A stretch of 64,000 nucleotides of DNA, taken from contig CM106585.1 in NCBI GenBank assembly GCA_048013815.1, positions 20,832,001 to 20,896,000 on the forward strand. The letters are read 5' to 3'. A program made the translations under genes and the position numbers. This document shows, piece after piece, positions 1 through 13,314 of the stretch. The notes below the pieces were generated by a model. The model had not been told where the DNA came from, did no database searches, and saw only the letters and a list, made by a program, of their open reading frames with translations. Every line of letters begins with the position of its first letter. The first letter of the stretch is position 1. This stretch comes from Setoptus koraiensis (taxonomy: Eukaryota; Animalia; Arthropoda).

Positions 1-578
1 GTAATCATATCCATAAATCGCTTGCTCAACGGATGTCATGTATCTTCGCTGTACTGACCGTTAGACATGCTTGATTGGCTACTTTGACAGGTGCACACGT
101 TGTCCGATGATTTGCTGCACAAAATGGCGCTATAACGGTAACGGACCGAAATCGAAGCAACACCATATCTACCATAGTATTTCGAAGCAGTTTTTTGTGT
201 GCACATCACTACCAGACTATCCTCAACACTACACTGTATTTGTCTGGATCTGGAGGAATGCCTTCATCATGGAGGCAACATGTATGCGCACCTCGAAGAT
301 GGATGCTTCCTATCGATTCACCTGTTGAATGAATCGAATGGAAGCGCCCTCTTCATTTATGGCATCGAACTGGTCTAATGAGAAAAAAATCACTTGTCAA
401 TAGAATCAGCCGATATTTTTCCAACAAATATGGCTATTTTTTGCAAAATTTACCCCATGTCACACACACCTGGCCTTTGTTTTGCAGAGGCATACACTGG
501 CTAGCTGTTTTGTGGCAGCCAATCATGCACTTGTTGCTTGCAACAATAATCAAATCGAAGCCAGTCAGCCACACCGAA

Positions 579-587
579 CAACAACAG

Positions 588-649
<62 letters not shown>

Positions 650-657
650 GCAACAGC

Positions 658-688
<31 letters not shown>

Positions 689-723
689 GCAACGACAACA
701 ACAACAGCAACAACAACAGCAAG
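579..723. repeat. (CAA/CAG)n trinucleotide microsatellite, ~48 units
   Basis: Seen directly. It explains the overlapping polyQ/polyT/polyC/polyL/polyV ORFs at 378-880. Confidence 0.95.
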
Positions 724-3700
724 AGACCGTTGATGGGAGTCGGCATCCAGCTTGCATATTTGCAAACAGTATAATGATGAATAAGAGAAAACGAAGAAGG
801 ATTAGCTGATACAGTATTGAAATCAGTAAAAGTAGTAGCAGTAGTAGTGGCAGTGTTAGCATAATATTATCTGATGACATCTATTTAACATTAATAGAGA
901 TCAAGTATGATCGCAATATAACAACGCAATAACTGGAATATTCAACGACAACAGCAACAACGACATCAACTTGACGATAGTCATACATGTGTAAAAAGGA
1001 AAGGGTGCCTTCTCTCTCACTCTAGGCAACAATCGGCATCTCCGAATGTTAATGTGTATAAATTAATTACTTTCGTCATCAACTTGACATGCAAGCATAA
1101 TCCTAAATTAGAAGGCAACAAAGAGAAGAAGAAGAAGACGAAGACGAAAGGAATAAAAGCAAGTCAAACAGAAACTTCTTTCCTCTTTTTACACTTACAA
1201 GCTCATGTTAACTATATGATCTATCTAATAATATAAATACACCCCACCCACGAGTAGAAGGCGGGATCAAGAGTGTAGTGGTAGTTGCAATAGATATCGA
1301 AAACACACACACTAGACACATTTAATGAAGCTTGCAAACATTGTGAAATAGTGTGTATATTCGGCAGAGTTGACATTTCTATATCGCACAACATATCTTA
1401 TGATTCTAATATGCAAGATTTCTAACATTTTTGTTGACGTTTGTTAAAGCCAAAGATGACTTTTTCTAGTGCGAGCGAGCAAGTGACTTAGCACCACCAA
1501 CGACTATACAAGAAGAGGTCCCGATGATGACCAATTGTGTTTGATAGGATTCTTACAACGCGACGCCACTATCATCTATCTATTTTTTTATAATGCCTAC
1601 ACATAATTGGTTATTTGCATTCATTCGGATGGTAAACTAACTAAGCTAGCCATTTGTGACGAATTTCAGCTATCTTTTGGTGAGTGAAACATTTGAATTG
1701 CATGTATTTCTTTGTTGTTGTTGTTGTTTATCCAATTCGAATATTGATTGTCGTCAGTAGTCTCAGTTTTTTCGTTGCTGTTGCTGTTAATTTACAGCAG
1801 TTAACAAACAACAAAATTAAATCTCGTCTAGTGGCATTCGTTGGTTTAGCTGCTATTGCATTAGTTGTTATTTAGTTCAATTTAGTCAGTTTAATAGTCT
1901 AGTCGTTCGAGTTCGAGTTGTAGAGTCTTTAGTTAGCTTATGCTCTCTCGTTGCCTTCTCATATTGCCTGTTCTCGTCACTTATTGTGTCAGTTCTTCAA
2001 TGCAACGACATAGACGATATATTCCCTCTTTGTCGCTCTCTATTTCTCTCATGCCTAATCATCGTGGTAGTCGTGTTTGTTGGCTCGCCAACAATCTTGT
2101 TGATGTCGCAGTGTGTCGACGAGCAGCGAGAGATCGAGAGCCAGACAGAGCGAAAGATGCAAAACGGCTAGCGAGAGAGCCTCGCCGTTCTAATGGAATA
2201 ATAATAGTAATATCTACTTGTAGTTAGGGTATTATCCACGTTGGCCACACCGTGAGAGAGGCTACCAGCCATGTTGCATGTATGACGAGACTGCCTAGAT
2301 AGGCCGACAAGAGAGAGCATTTTTACTACTCCGGAGAACGTTCATTGTGTGTTATATATCTGTTTAAGAAATCTAGACTGTTCGTATCATCTTGCAGCAT
2401 CCGTGCGCACCCCAGGATAATCTCATAGATAATACTTGCGCCTACGAGTGATGATGATAATTATAATTGAGATTATGATTGCAATTGTCACAAGCACATA
2501 ACACCATTCGCGGCGCCACATAAATTGGGAGTTGATAAACAAGCGAGCGAGGCCATGTTTTACTATTATATAACAAAATATTGCATATATTTAATGCATG
2601 ATGACGCCGGTCATGATTATCACGACCATCATGGTGCGTGCCACCATTCGACCACCTCTCTCATTACACACAATTACTATTATACATAACTTAAACTATA
2701 TAGAGACAATAATTTTATTACAATACACAGATACATCATCGTATCAATGTCGTGATGCTATGTTTGAGGCGGCAACGGCAACAGTTGTACCGTTACAAGC
2801 CCATAGTGATGCCAGTCACGTCATAATAAACACGGCCTCAATGCCATTTATTTCATCCATCATATCACAAAATTCAATCGATGTAAGTGGTAGTAGTTAC
2901 CTTGAAATCATCAGCTCGTTTAGGCCCCACTATCACCATTCCGATGCTGCCATTCTAATCATCATCAACAACAACAACTGCCACTGATACTGCGACAGTT
3001 TACGACAACAATAATAGTAATGTTGTTGTTGTTAATAAACACGACGAAGGGTACTCAAACCGCAATAGCAGCAGAAACAACTGCGTGTGAGCTGACTAAT
3101 TCTGAGGACAATTTTCTTCGTAGGCATTCACTCCGTAGGCATCAATCACTGTTCGTTCTAATTCAAGGTCCCCAGCAAAAAGATCCCCGATCTAACTATA
3201 AATAGGTGGATTTAGTTTGCTCCACCTCGCTAGGCTGCTAGTACCAGCCCATAAAGGTTAGCCAAGTTTCAGCTTGGGCAGAAAGAGAGACAGTGAGCAT
3301 TTATTTGATTGTGAGTGACTGAGTGCCGCTGTACACATTTGAGGCAGTTCGAATAGTAAATAGTTATGAAGTTACATGCATATCTTGCACTCTATTATCC
3401 GCCCCCACGAGAGCCCGGTGGAGCCTTCTTCGGCGAGCTCGCTTGCAACTGCTGACTGAAGCTGCATCTAACTTGCTGCCTCTGCGACGACTTGACCTAG
3501 ACAGCGACAACTACCATATTTCACTAAAACTAACAGTGGATAATTAATCAGCTATAAGAAATGAATGATTGATTTTTTTTTCTGTTGTTATCAGTCTTTT
3601 CTTCGCTCTTCTTTTTGTTGCTGTTAATATTTGCCTCATCGTCACAAATGGCACTCAACACACATACAAACAAACAATACGAAAAGATAAAATAAAACCC

Positions 3701-3946
3701 GTTATAGATTAGATAGATGCTTATTATTTAATATTTATAGATAATAGTAATGATAATAATAAGAGTTGCCGCAAACAGTTGATGACAGTGCACAGTGAAT
3801 ACAGGGAATTATTATTGTCGACAAATCTATTGATAGTATCAGCAACAATACATAAATAGAATCCATCTAATCTTATAGATCTTCCATCTATCTTATAGAT
3901 CTATCTCTTCAAACACTGGGGATATATTTGACAATAATTCATTAAG

Positions 3947-5243
3947 TACACAAAACAATTGTTGTGCACAATGAGCGTGGATGACCCAGATTATTTCGGT
4001 GAGTATTTGCCATGTACTACATGACACAATGTATCAAAATGTATCAATAAAAATGTGTTTCATGTGCCACTAATACTGATAAAATTAGCATATCGTAATC
4101 AATCATTGCATCATATTTAATCTAATTTAAATATCAGGTGTTTGCCACAAATGTGGCGATAATGTGATCGGCGAGGGCAATGGCTGCACGGCCATGGAGG
4201 AGATATATCATGTTAATTGTTTTACTTGCAACGTCTGCAACGAGCCCCTGAAAGGCAAACAATTTTACGCCATAAATGTAAGTAACACATCATAATGTGT
4301 TAGCTGCCTGATTTGATAATTGCCACTTGATAGTTAATCTCAAGCTCAATTGCTCATTTAATGCTCATAATCCATAATTAATCTATAATCGATCATCACT
4401 GACAGGACAAACCTTATTGTGAAGTTGATTATTTAGTAAGTAACGCCAAGAGAACATCGTCATCTCCATCTCTCTACGTCTGTAACGAGCCCTGTAACCA
4501 AATTTTTGCCAACAATGCATTTTTTCATACATTGTAGGATACTCTAGAAAAATGCTGCATTTGTAGTAATCCCATAACAGACCGCATCTTGAGAGCTACC
4601 GGCCGCCCGTACCACCCAGATTGTGTAAGTATTTCGCCCAATGGCCTTGAATTGCAATTGTGGCACACAACGATTAATTAACGATCATTAATTAATGCAA
4701 TATCCTCTACCTATATACTTGTATGATCCAATGAACCGAAATGGACGCTTTGTGTCGGAAAATGTTTCAATTGCAGTTCAGGTGTGAGGTTTGCTTCAAG
4801 GTTTTGGACAACGTCCCATTCACGGTTTCATCTGACGGAAAAATTCATTGCATTGAGGACTTTCACAAGTAAATCACCGCAACTACCTTATCTACAGAGC
4901 ATGCCAATTAGCAAACTAATTAACTGACAACTAATTAATTTTTTCTCTGGTGTTATATCCTTCTTAAATGTACATTTGCTATCCAACCATTCATTTTGCA
5001 ACAACAAACAACAGTAAATTTGCGCCCCGTTGCAGTGTCTGCAATCAACCTATTGTTCCCGAAGCGGGCAAACAAGAGACTGTTCGCGTAGTGGCCTTAG
5101 ATCGCAGCTTTCACGTAGATTGTTACAGATGCGAGGATTGTGATCTAATATTATCATCAGAGGCAGAGGGTCACGGCTGTTACCCATTGGACGGTCACGT
5201 ATTATGCAGAGGATGCAACACAAAGCGTGTCCAGGCATTGTAA
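3947..5243 (+). CDS. LPP: Zyxin/LPP-family triple LIM-domain protein (3' six exons; N-terminal exons not located)
   Basis: Phase-consistent exons 3947-3998, 4138-4277, 4406-4435, 4538-4624, 4777-4868 and 5015-5243 with canonical internal GT..AG. They translate to [30 protein letters not shown] / [29 protein letters not shown] / [48 protein letters not shown]. This matches my recollection of the LPP/TRIP6/Zyxin LIM1-3 pattern rather than Ajuba/LIMD1. The acceptor at 3946 is tentative. AATAAA lies at ~5361. Confidence 0.92.
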
Positions 5244-6861
5244 TTGCGTGTCTCTTTGTGAATTTATTAATTATTATCCGATTATTTGACTATTTGACTA
5301 TTCTACAGCCAACAATCAGCATGAAACGGACAAACAGGTCACAAGCACATCAAACGTTTCAATAAATACCTGTCATATTATGCAAAACAACAACAATACA
5401 ACAATGCGCAAACACAACGGATGCTCATCACAACGGAGCGCAAGCTAAGTGCTGAGCTCACATGGATGAGATATGTCATGATATGTCACCAACAATGTAG
5501 CCACCAAATTGGCAAGCCATTGGCTAGTAAAAGATACAACGCCAATATGAATGCCAGCATCGTGTGTGTTCCTTCTTTGCTCTGTGTCCGCATTTATTAT
5601 TATTACTGTTATTTAGATCACACATCTATTGTGTTTGCGGGCTAACATCGCGGACATCAATACCGGATCAGTGTAAACCGCATTGGCCAATTGTGTCTGA
5701 TTATACAGTGTATGAGTCCATTTGATATTAACAGCATCGACATTTGCATAATGATAAGCAGATTTTTTCCGTTAGTCGGTGGTCAGTCGTTTCATCATCT
5801 GAGCTATATATTGAGTGCATATGAGCAAATCTAAACTCGCTCTCTAAGTTGTCTCAAATATAATAGAGAGGGGAGATTTGTTGCAATGATTGCAATGAAA
5901 AAATACTCAAAAAGAAAGTGCAACATTGGCCATGCAACAGACCCGTTCCCACACTAACACTCACAGGCGGACAAATAGACAACTACACAACGCTGACCCA
6001 TTTACTTACTTACGTAATAGCAGCGTTAGCTGAGCTGTCAATTACATGAGCAATCACCAAAGTGTCACCAACAGGCGAGCGACAAGTTGTTGTTGTTGTT
6101 GTTGTTGCTAATATTGGTTGTTAATATCTATGTGGTGCTAGTGTGAAATGTATCTGACCACCACAGTATTGACCACACCGACAATGGCCGACGCCAGTCA
6201 AGGCCACCCTCGGCTCGTTTTTTCTCCACAAATATACTCTGTCGACATCCATGGAGTATGTTTATCGTGTAGTATGGAGTATTCGGAGTAGACGCAGAGA
6301 GTGTGTGTGTGATTTACTGTGCTCGATCTGTTTCGAATCAGTCTCTCGGTTTATAATCGATTACATCGAACACCTAGACAACAACAACAAACTGGCAGAA
6401 CCCAGATAGTGGACATGACAATTGAATGTCAAACGGATTCACTACTTCCACTGTTTTTGTTATTTATTGTGTGGCAACAGTTGGTTGTTGTGTCCTAAAT
6501 GGTTATTGTTGTCTAGTGCTCTCACCTTGTTATTGGCAGCTTCTGTCTGCTTTGTTTTTGTTTTTATTTTTATTTCTGTTTGTCCAACTAACGGTGGCCA
6601 GTTTATTTTAGTTGCAAGTGATACTGTCGGCACCCAGTAGTGATTTACAGCGGTTATTTGAATCAAACTCACGACGAGTAAGTTGGTTGTTATTTCGCGA
6701 AGCAGTCGCAGGCGCACTCAAAACAGTAGCTGGATATTTTTGCTCGTTGTTGTTATTCGTTGTCCACTTTGTGTGTTTGTTTGTACATGGCCCCATGAAT
6801 TCAGTGTGATCAGTGACCAGCAGCAAACAGCAGCAGCAACAGCATCATTTGAATAAAAGTA

Positions 6862-9800
6862 ATGATGATTTGTAGAAGTAAACTAATTTATCTGGCGCTC
6901 AGCCTGATAATAATTGTCAGAGTTGGTCCCACGTGCCCAACAAGTGATGTTACATATAGAAGCAAGCGGCAACTATTTAGAACAGACCAACAAGCTCGCA
7001 ATTCGGCTAGCCCTGCCAGACATCATCGGCCATCCGAGCTCAACTTTGCCAATATGCACACCGGCAACAACATCCGTCTAATAGACCCAATCAGCCAAAA
7101 TTTATCGGCTGCAACAATTGCTGGTGTCGCAAACAGAAAGCAGCATCGATACAACAATAATTCAACCAAGTTTGCACGACGAATCTCAGAGCTGCATTTC
7201 GCAACAGTGTTACCGTTTAGTCCAGTTATTCAGTCAGAATCTACTGAACAAAATCTCGATCTCCTTCTCATGCAATCAGACAATCAGAACTCGGCAACCA
7301 TGACAACTGAGACACCAACTGCACAAAAGGCCGAACCAGAAGAAGACCAGCGACAGCAAAAATCGGCCCCAACAAGCAGCAATCATGTGGAGGCACTAGT
7401 TAGAGCACAGAGTTCGTATGTCAACTGGAGCAATCCCGATTATTATCAGCCATCCATGCCCTTGAATCTAGATCAACGAGCAATCATGGGCCAGTATCAT
7501 AATCACAATTACAATGCATCACACTTTCTGCCCAATCAACTGACAACAGCGCGACCACCGATAGCACAACAACATCAACAACAACAACAATACGACGACC
7601 AATTAAGCAGCAGCAGTGTCGACGACGACAGAGACATTGAACCACACGAACAAAAATCCGTCAGCTTGCCAATATTCATCGATATGTACAGAGATCCAAT
7701 GAGCGCCTCATCTGATAGCTCTAATTTGTATGAGTCCGAAATGCAAACCACCAACAAGCACAACAACCGACCGCCCCCAAATTTGCTGGTCAGCTACGTT
7801 AATCACGGTTCGGCCATGATGAAAACAACGACCCCATTGCCCCATCAAAATAGACAGCACAACAGACAAGCCAGCCAGCTAGCAAGTTCAGCGGCGGACA
7901 GCACCAATCTCACCACGACAACAACAACAGCGGCGCCTCATGCGCACGATATCGACGATGAGGCCAATGATAAGCTCATGCTAAGTGGCGATGACAGTGG
8001 CCCACAAAATGGAGCAAAAGAATCACAATCGCAACAGCATCCCAGGCAACATAATCGCCAGAAATTCGCTGAGATAGTGCAAACATTTAAATCGCGACCA
8101 AGCAACAGCCAAGCGATGAAGAAGAATCCGGGCGGCAGTGGGCTCAGGGTGATGCATTTCGATAAGGGTTATGACGATTCTGTGGTGGCCGGAGTTGTTG
8201 ACATTGCCGGCGACAATTATCAACAAGCGGGCACCTCATCGGACGATGGAGCGCCCACAAAATGGGACCAAATCAACGATCCCTATACATTCATCGACGC
8301 TGTCAGTGATATGGGCGACCAAGATAGAGATTTGTTGTCAACTCATTCGCCAAAAATAAGCACAAAACAAGCAAATAAATGGACGCCGGTGGCGCACTTC
8401 GAGCGCGATCGCCAACAGCAGCAGCAGAATAGGCAACAGCGTTACCGGAACTACCAGCACGATGAACAACAGCACGACCAGCCGAGAAAGGCCATTCATA
8501 AACCTGTTCAACTGCACACCACAAGACTGCCACATGCCCAATATAACAATAATAATCCCACTATGCACGACAATTTCAATGATGTAACACCACTCAAGAC
8601 TGATATGCCCGATATTGCGAAACACAGTTCGCGATTGGGCAGTACCGCTGTGCCATCGCCACAAAGGCATTTCAATCCCATGATAGTGCAACAATACAAG
8701 CCACCCCATAAGCTCACACCAGCTCCAGCGCCGCCATTGCTGCAATCCATTCTGCTGCCCAGTTTGCCCATGGCGGCCGCCACAAGTGGCGCCAATGTTG
8801 TGCCGCATTACATAACTCAGAGGCCCCAACATCAGCATCATCATCATCATCATTCGCATGTGCACACCATTAAACCGTCGTCGTTGCCAATTCCGTTGCC
8901 TGTCAACGCCAAAATATCCGCCTACGACATTCCGACCAGTTTCATAACGGGAGCTGCGGCTGCCGCAGCGGCTGCAGCCACCGCAAATGTAATCAATGGC
9001 CAGACTGGTCACAATCAACGCGGACAACTGGCACTCGTTCCGTCCGGTTCCGCTCACACTGGCCACTCTGCAACAAACAGCAATCAAGATCAAGTTATTG
9101 GCACGCCAGGCAGCTTGCCCATTGGTGCCTCCTTGTCGGGCTATATCAGCAGCTCGAATCCGGCGCCGACATCCCACTACAACACCAACAACTATCCATC
9201 GAATCATCAGCCGCCCAACAATCACCAGCTTCAACACCAACAGACCAGCTACAGAAGCGGTTCCTCCATTTTGTCCAATCTGTTGTCGTCGGCCGGTCAT
9301 GCCATTAAACAGGTTGCCGGCACTGTTAGCTCGGCCAGTGGTCAGCCGAGTAGCGCTTACGCCTCCAATCATCAGCCGCAACATTCTTCGCCAACCGAAA
9401 GGTTCCAGCAAAACAATCAACCCACCAGTGGCCTCATGTCTAATCCCTCTATAACTGACGGCACTAGCAATGCCTATTCATTCTCTACTGATTCCGAGCC
9501 ATCGTCCACTTATACAATACATCCGAGCGAAACTTATTTAGGCACAATAAACTCCGATGTGGCCCAATCAACGCTCCCAGACCAATCTCTCACTTTAAAC
9601 TCAGCCCCATCGGCTGTCTATTATACGTCGTCGCTCGGTCAAATAAAACAACAGCAAGCTCAACCAACTGCCTATTTGAGACCAATAAATATGCCCACCG
9701 TAGTGCCCAGTCTGTTCTCAACAATATTCCATCCGAGACAACAGCAGTCTACCAATCAGCAGACTCTAGCCAACATGCAGCACGCCAGCTATCTGCCATT

Positions 9801-10898
9801 CAGTTACCAAGATCAGTCTGGCTCAATGGCTTCGTATGACTATTCATTCGAGATGCCATCACAATCTCCCCCGTCTGGCGCCTACATCGATCTCGGCACT
9901 ATAGCCGAGGTGGCAGCTATAGCAGCGGCCAAGCAGCAAGACTACCGGAACAAGCAACAGCAGCAGCAACAACAACAGCAACAACAACAACAACAGCAGC
10001 AACAACAACAGCAATCACAAAATTTTCCGCAGCAACAACAACAAAGTGACAAACCCGAGCAAATTAACGTTTTCCAATATGCGGATGCCCCGGCGACTTC
10101 AGACAAGGTCACCCTGATAACATCGGCGGGCACACCTTCTCTCATTCATGGGCCCAGAACAATAGCAAATACATTTTCCATTGCAGATCTGAATGCGGCC
10201 TCGGCTGCCTATCATGCTGCGGCAGCTTCCAATGCTATGTCGAAAACAGTGAAACATCCTCGTCATATACAACCCTACTACCCCTACCACCACCATCCTA
10301 GATTTGTGCATGATCACCATAACCACGGTGCCAATCTTGACCTGGATACTTCTGACACAATAACGTTTGCCTCTTTAGCCTCCAAGGCAGCAGCGGTGAA
10401 GGCTATGAATAACGTGTTTTGGCCGATAGCATTGGCGATGATGCCAATAGTGATCGTTGTCGCTCTGATATCTCAAATAACAATGGCGGTTCCAACTGTT
10501 CTAATGGCTGTTTCAGCGATGGTGATGTCCCGTATACTGTCTCCAGTGAGGTGAGTATGATTAAACACACACGGATAGCTCGTAATTAGTATTTTTCATC
10601 ATTTTATCTAATCGCGCAACTCATATCTATCCTTTCTAATGACAGCAATAGGGAAGAGCCAACAAGTATTCTAGGATTCAAAGAAGCCGGAAAAGAGGCC
10701 GTTTCGAAGACTCGCCGAAAACGTAACTCCGGTTCAGATTGTTTAACAGAATATTCCCGACCTAATAGATCGCATTCACTTAGTCCATACCCGGGCATGG
10801 ATTTATGGGATGATGGATTAGCTGGCATTCATGATCCGAATAAATTGTGGCTCAAATATGTGTCAGCAATCCAGAAATTCAAAAGTATCGATTCTTAA
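6862..10898 (+). CDS. Orphan ~1310-aa secreted/membrane-anchored low-complexity (Q/N/H/S/P) protein, 2 exons
   Basis: 1230-aa ORF with an N-terminal signal-like peptide (KLIYLALSLIIIVRVG), an RSKR furin-type site and a C-terminal hydrophobic stretch (VFWPIALAMMPIVIVVALISQITMAVPTVLMAVSAMVM). Donor GTGAGT at 10551 and acceptor at 10645 give an in-phase exon 2 (10646-10898) ending ...KFKSIDS*. Confidence 0.8.
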
Positions 10899-11009
10899 CC
10901 ATTCGGATTGATGAAGAAAATGGTGCCTCTTTCACTATATTTATTATAAAACAAATATATATACTAATTTATTGTCATTTTATCTCTTGGATAGCTTAAT
11001 TTAGAATGG

Positions 11010-13258
11010 TCATATAACAGAGTGTGAACGAAAATAAAACAAATATAATACAGAATTCATCATAGTCAGGAAAAAAATGCCTGTTCTCGTGAAGTAAGTT
11101 GTTGAGAATATATTCAAGCCGCCATTATTACTGGGTTGCGCGAGAATATCTGGTGAGACGCCCTCATTGAGGGAGGATGATTTTGAGGTTATCTTGGATA
11201 CTGTTTTGTTCCGGTTTAACATCGATATAAAAGAAGAAAATTGAAAAGGGCTTAGATTACGTTCATAGATGGATGTAGCGATTTGATTGGAATATTCAAA
11301 GTTACGTCAACTACTTACGGCAAGTGGGCAATTGAGAGACATCGATTGATAGAATAGGTTTCTCTTTCAAAATTTCGTCATTTTCTACCTCGTTGAATTT
11401 ATCAATATTTCTATAGGAATCCACAGTGCTAGAGGTTTGAGATGGAGTTAATTCTTGGTTTTGTGAAGAAAGTGGCACAATTTGTCCATCGAAAGGCGAG
11501 TCCTCTATTTCTAGTTCAATCTCTTGCTTCGGCCTCGTTGTTCTATCAGAATGCAACATATGTTTCTCTCTGCTATTAGATCTATGTATATCTGTTAATC
11601 TGTTAGGTTCAGAATAAATCACTCTCTCAGGGGTGTCGAGCTTTTTGAAAGCTTTCGGGCCGTTATTGTGATCACGAGGTCGCCAACCTCGTTTTGTACA
11701 TTCTAGCTCATTAATCCCAGACAATTCTGTGTGTAGATTCAAACAAGAAATCTTGGCCAGCGACTTGTGTCTGGGTTTACCCCAGCAATTTTTCGGGCCC
11801 GCAATCACGTATGTCAACGGAGATGATAAAATTTCAATATCCGAATCCATGTTGATTAGACCTCTGTCCATGATAATAGAGGTAGCCCGTTTAGTGTAAT
11901 TGGATCTTAACTCTTCGATGTAGTCCAAGGGGTTTTCAAAACATCCGTCTTTGTAATTGAACAGCGGATATTCAACACTGAATTTGAAATCAGTATCAGG
12001 AACAGATAGATCACATTTGAAAGAGATATTACCATCATATTTATAAAAGTTTTCTCCTTTGTCTTCAATTTTGAACACTCCAGAATAAGAGACTGTGTAC
12101 GTATGATCGGGATTCTCATTTATGTGGACCATCATCGATTTGATAAATTTGTGAATCCTTGGATCCCACAGGCCACAGGATGGCACAGGTCTCTATGAAA
12201 TGTCATGGTTTAGTTTGGAAATAAACACACAGATGGATGAACATGGAAGAATAAACATATTGGCCGATTAGATCAGTGCAAATACATAAGACATGAGTAA
12301 GAGAATTTCGGCCAGGCTCTTTGTTTGATCAAAAGTTGCGCAACGGAAATTGCGAGTCACGCATAATATACATCAAGGATCAGCATGACCATGTTTCTGG
12401 CAATAAGTTGGAGTATATGTTTAGTTACATGTTTATACTCTTGGTCTTTCGTAACTTTACTTCCTTGAGCACACAGAGAATTCAGCATGTGTGCAATGTC
12501 AAAATCTTGAGGATATCAATGGAAACAAGGCCAGTATATCCATGCATTTAATGAGAAACTGTCGGTCTCTTATAGAGCCCTCATTGAATTTATAATAGAC
12601 AGAACGCGCTCTAGATTGATAATACACGGTACTTACAGGAAACATTCCGGGGCAATGGAGTTCAATGACCTCTTTGCATTCATGTTGGATCGGATATATT
12701 TGCCAATCTTTCTCACTACAAGCATTTGGTTTGATAACTACAACGTTGACATCGTTGTGAGAATCACCAATGTCTGTTCTAATGTGGCAAGTGTATTTAC
12801 CGTGCATGTCAATAGTCATGTCCTTGATATAAATTGTATGTCCAAAACTATCGAACTCTACATGGCCCTTGAATTTCGGGGAGAGCACTTCTAATCCAGG
12901 ACCCGCTTTAATTTCTCTAAAGACCTAAAGATTGATGTGTGTGTGTGTTGTTGTTGTAGGCGCATTATGCATGGTAAATGGGGGTAATTTGAGCAAATAA
13001 GAAATGAGTGGCATAATTAATCAAACAAAGATTCTTTAGGGAATGTGAGTTGCCAAAAATGGGGCTCCCTGGCAAATAAATGAATATGTATGAATTGTGT
13101 CGCGACTCGCGAGTAGAAAAGGCACCGTTGTCGCTGGAGCGCATTGACTGTCGCTGTAGCAGGATAGCAGCGATAGTAGGCAACAGTTTGAAACGGTTTC
13201 TCTAGTTTAGTAGCGATTATCGATGACAGGAACAACTCAGTACAGAGATTGATGTCGC

Positions 13259-13314
<56 letters not shown>

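Noticed and set aside
1-480. Protein-like translations on both strands and a good minus-strand acceptor at ~377
   Set aside because: All frames are interrupted by stops, no family was recognised, and no in-phase exon chain could be built.
378-880. Overlapping polyQ/polyC/polyT/polyL ORFs
   Set aside because: They are produced by the (CAA)n microsatellite, which is stop-free in most frames.
12193-12636. Possible decayed alternative exon in the 2-Ig gene intron (TAAG|RPTVSH* resembling TAG|RPVPSC)
   Set aside because: Similarity beyond the first few codons is too weak to distinguish from chance by eye.
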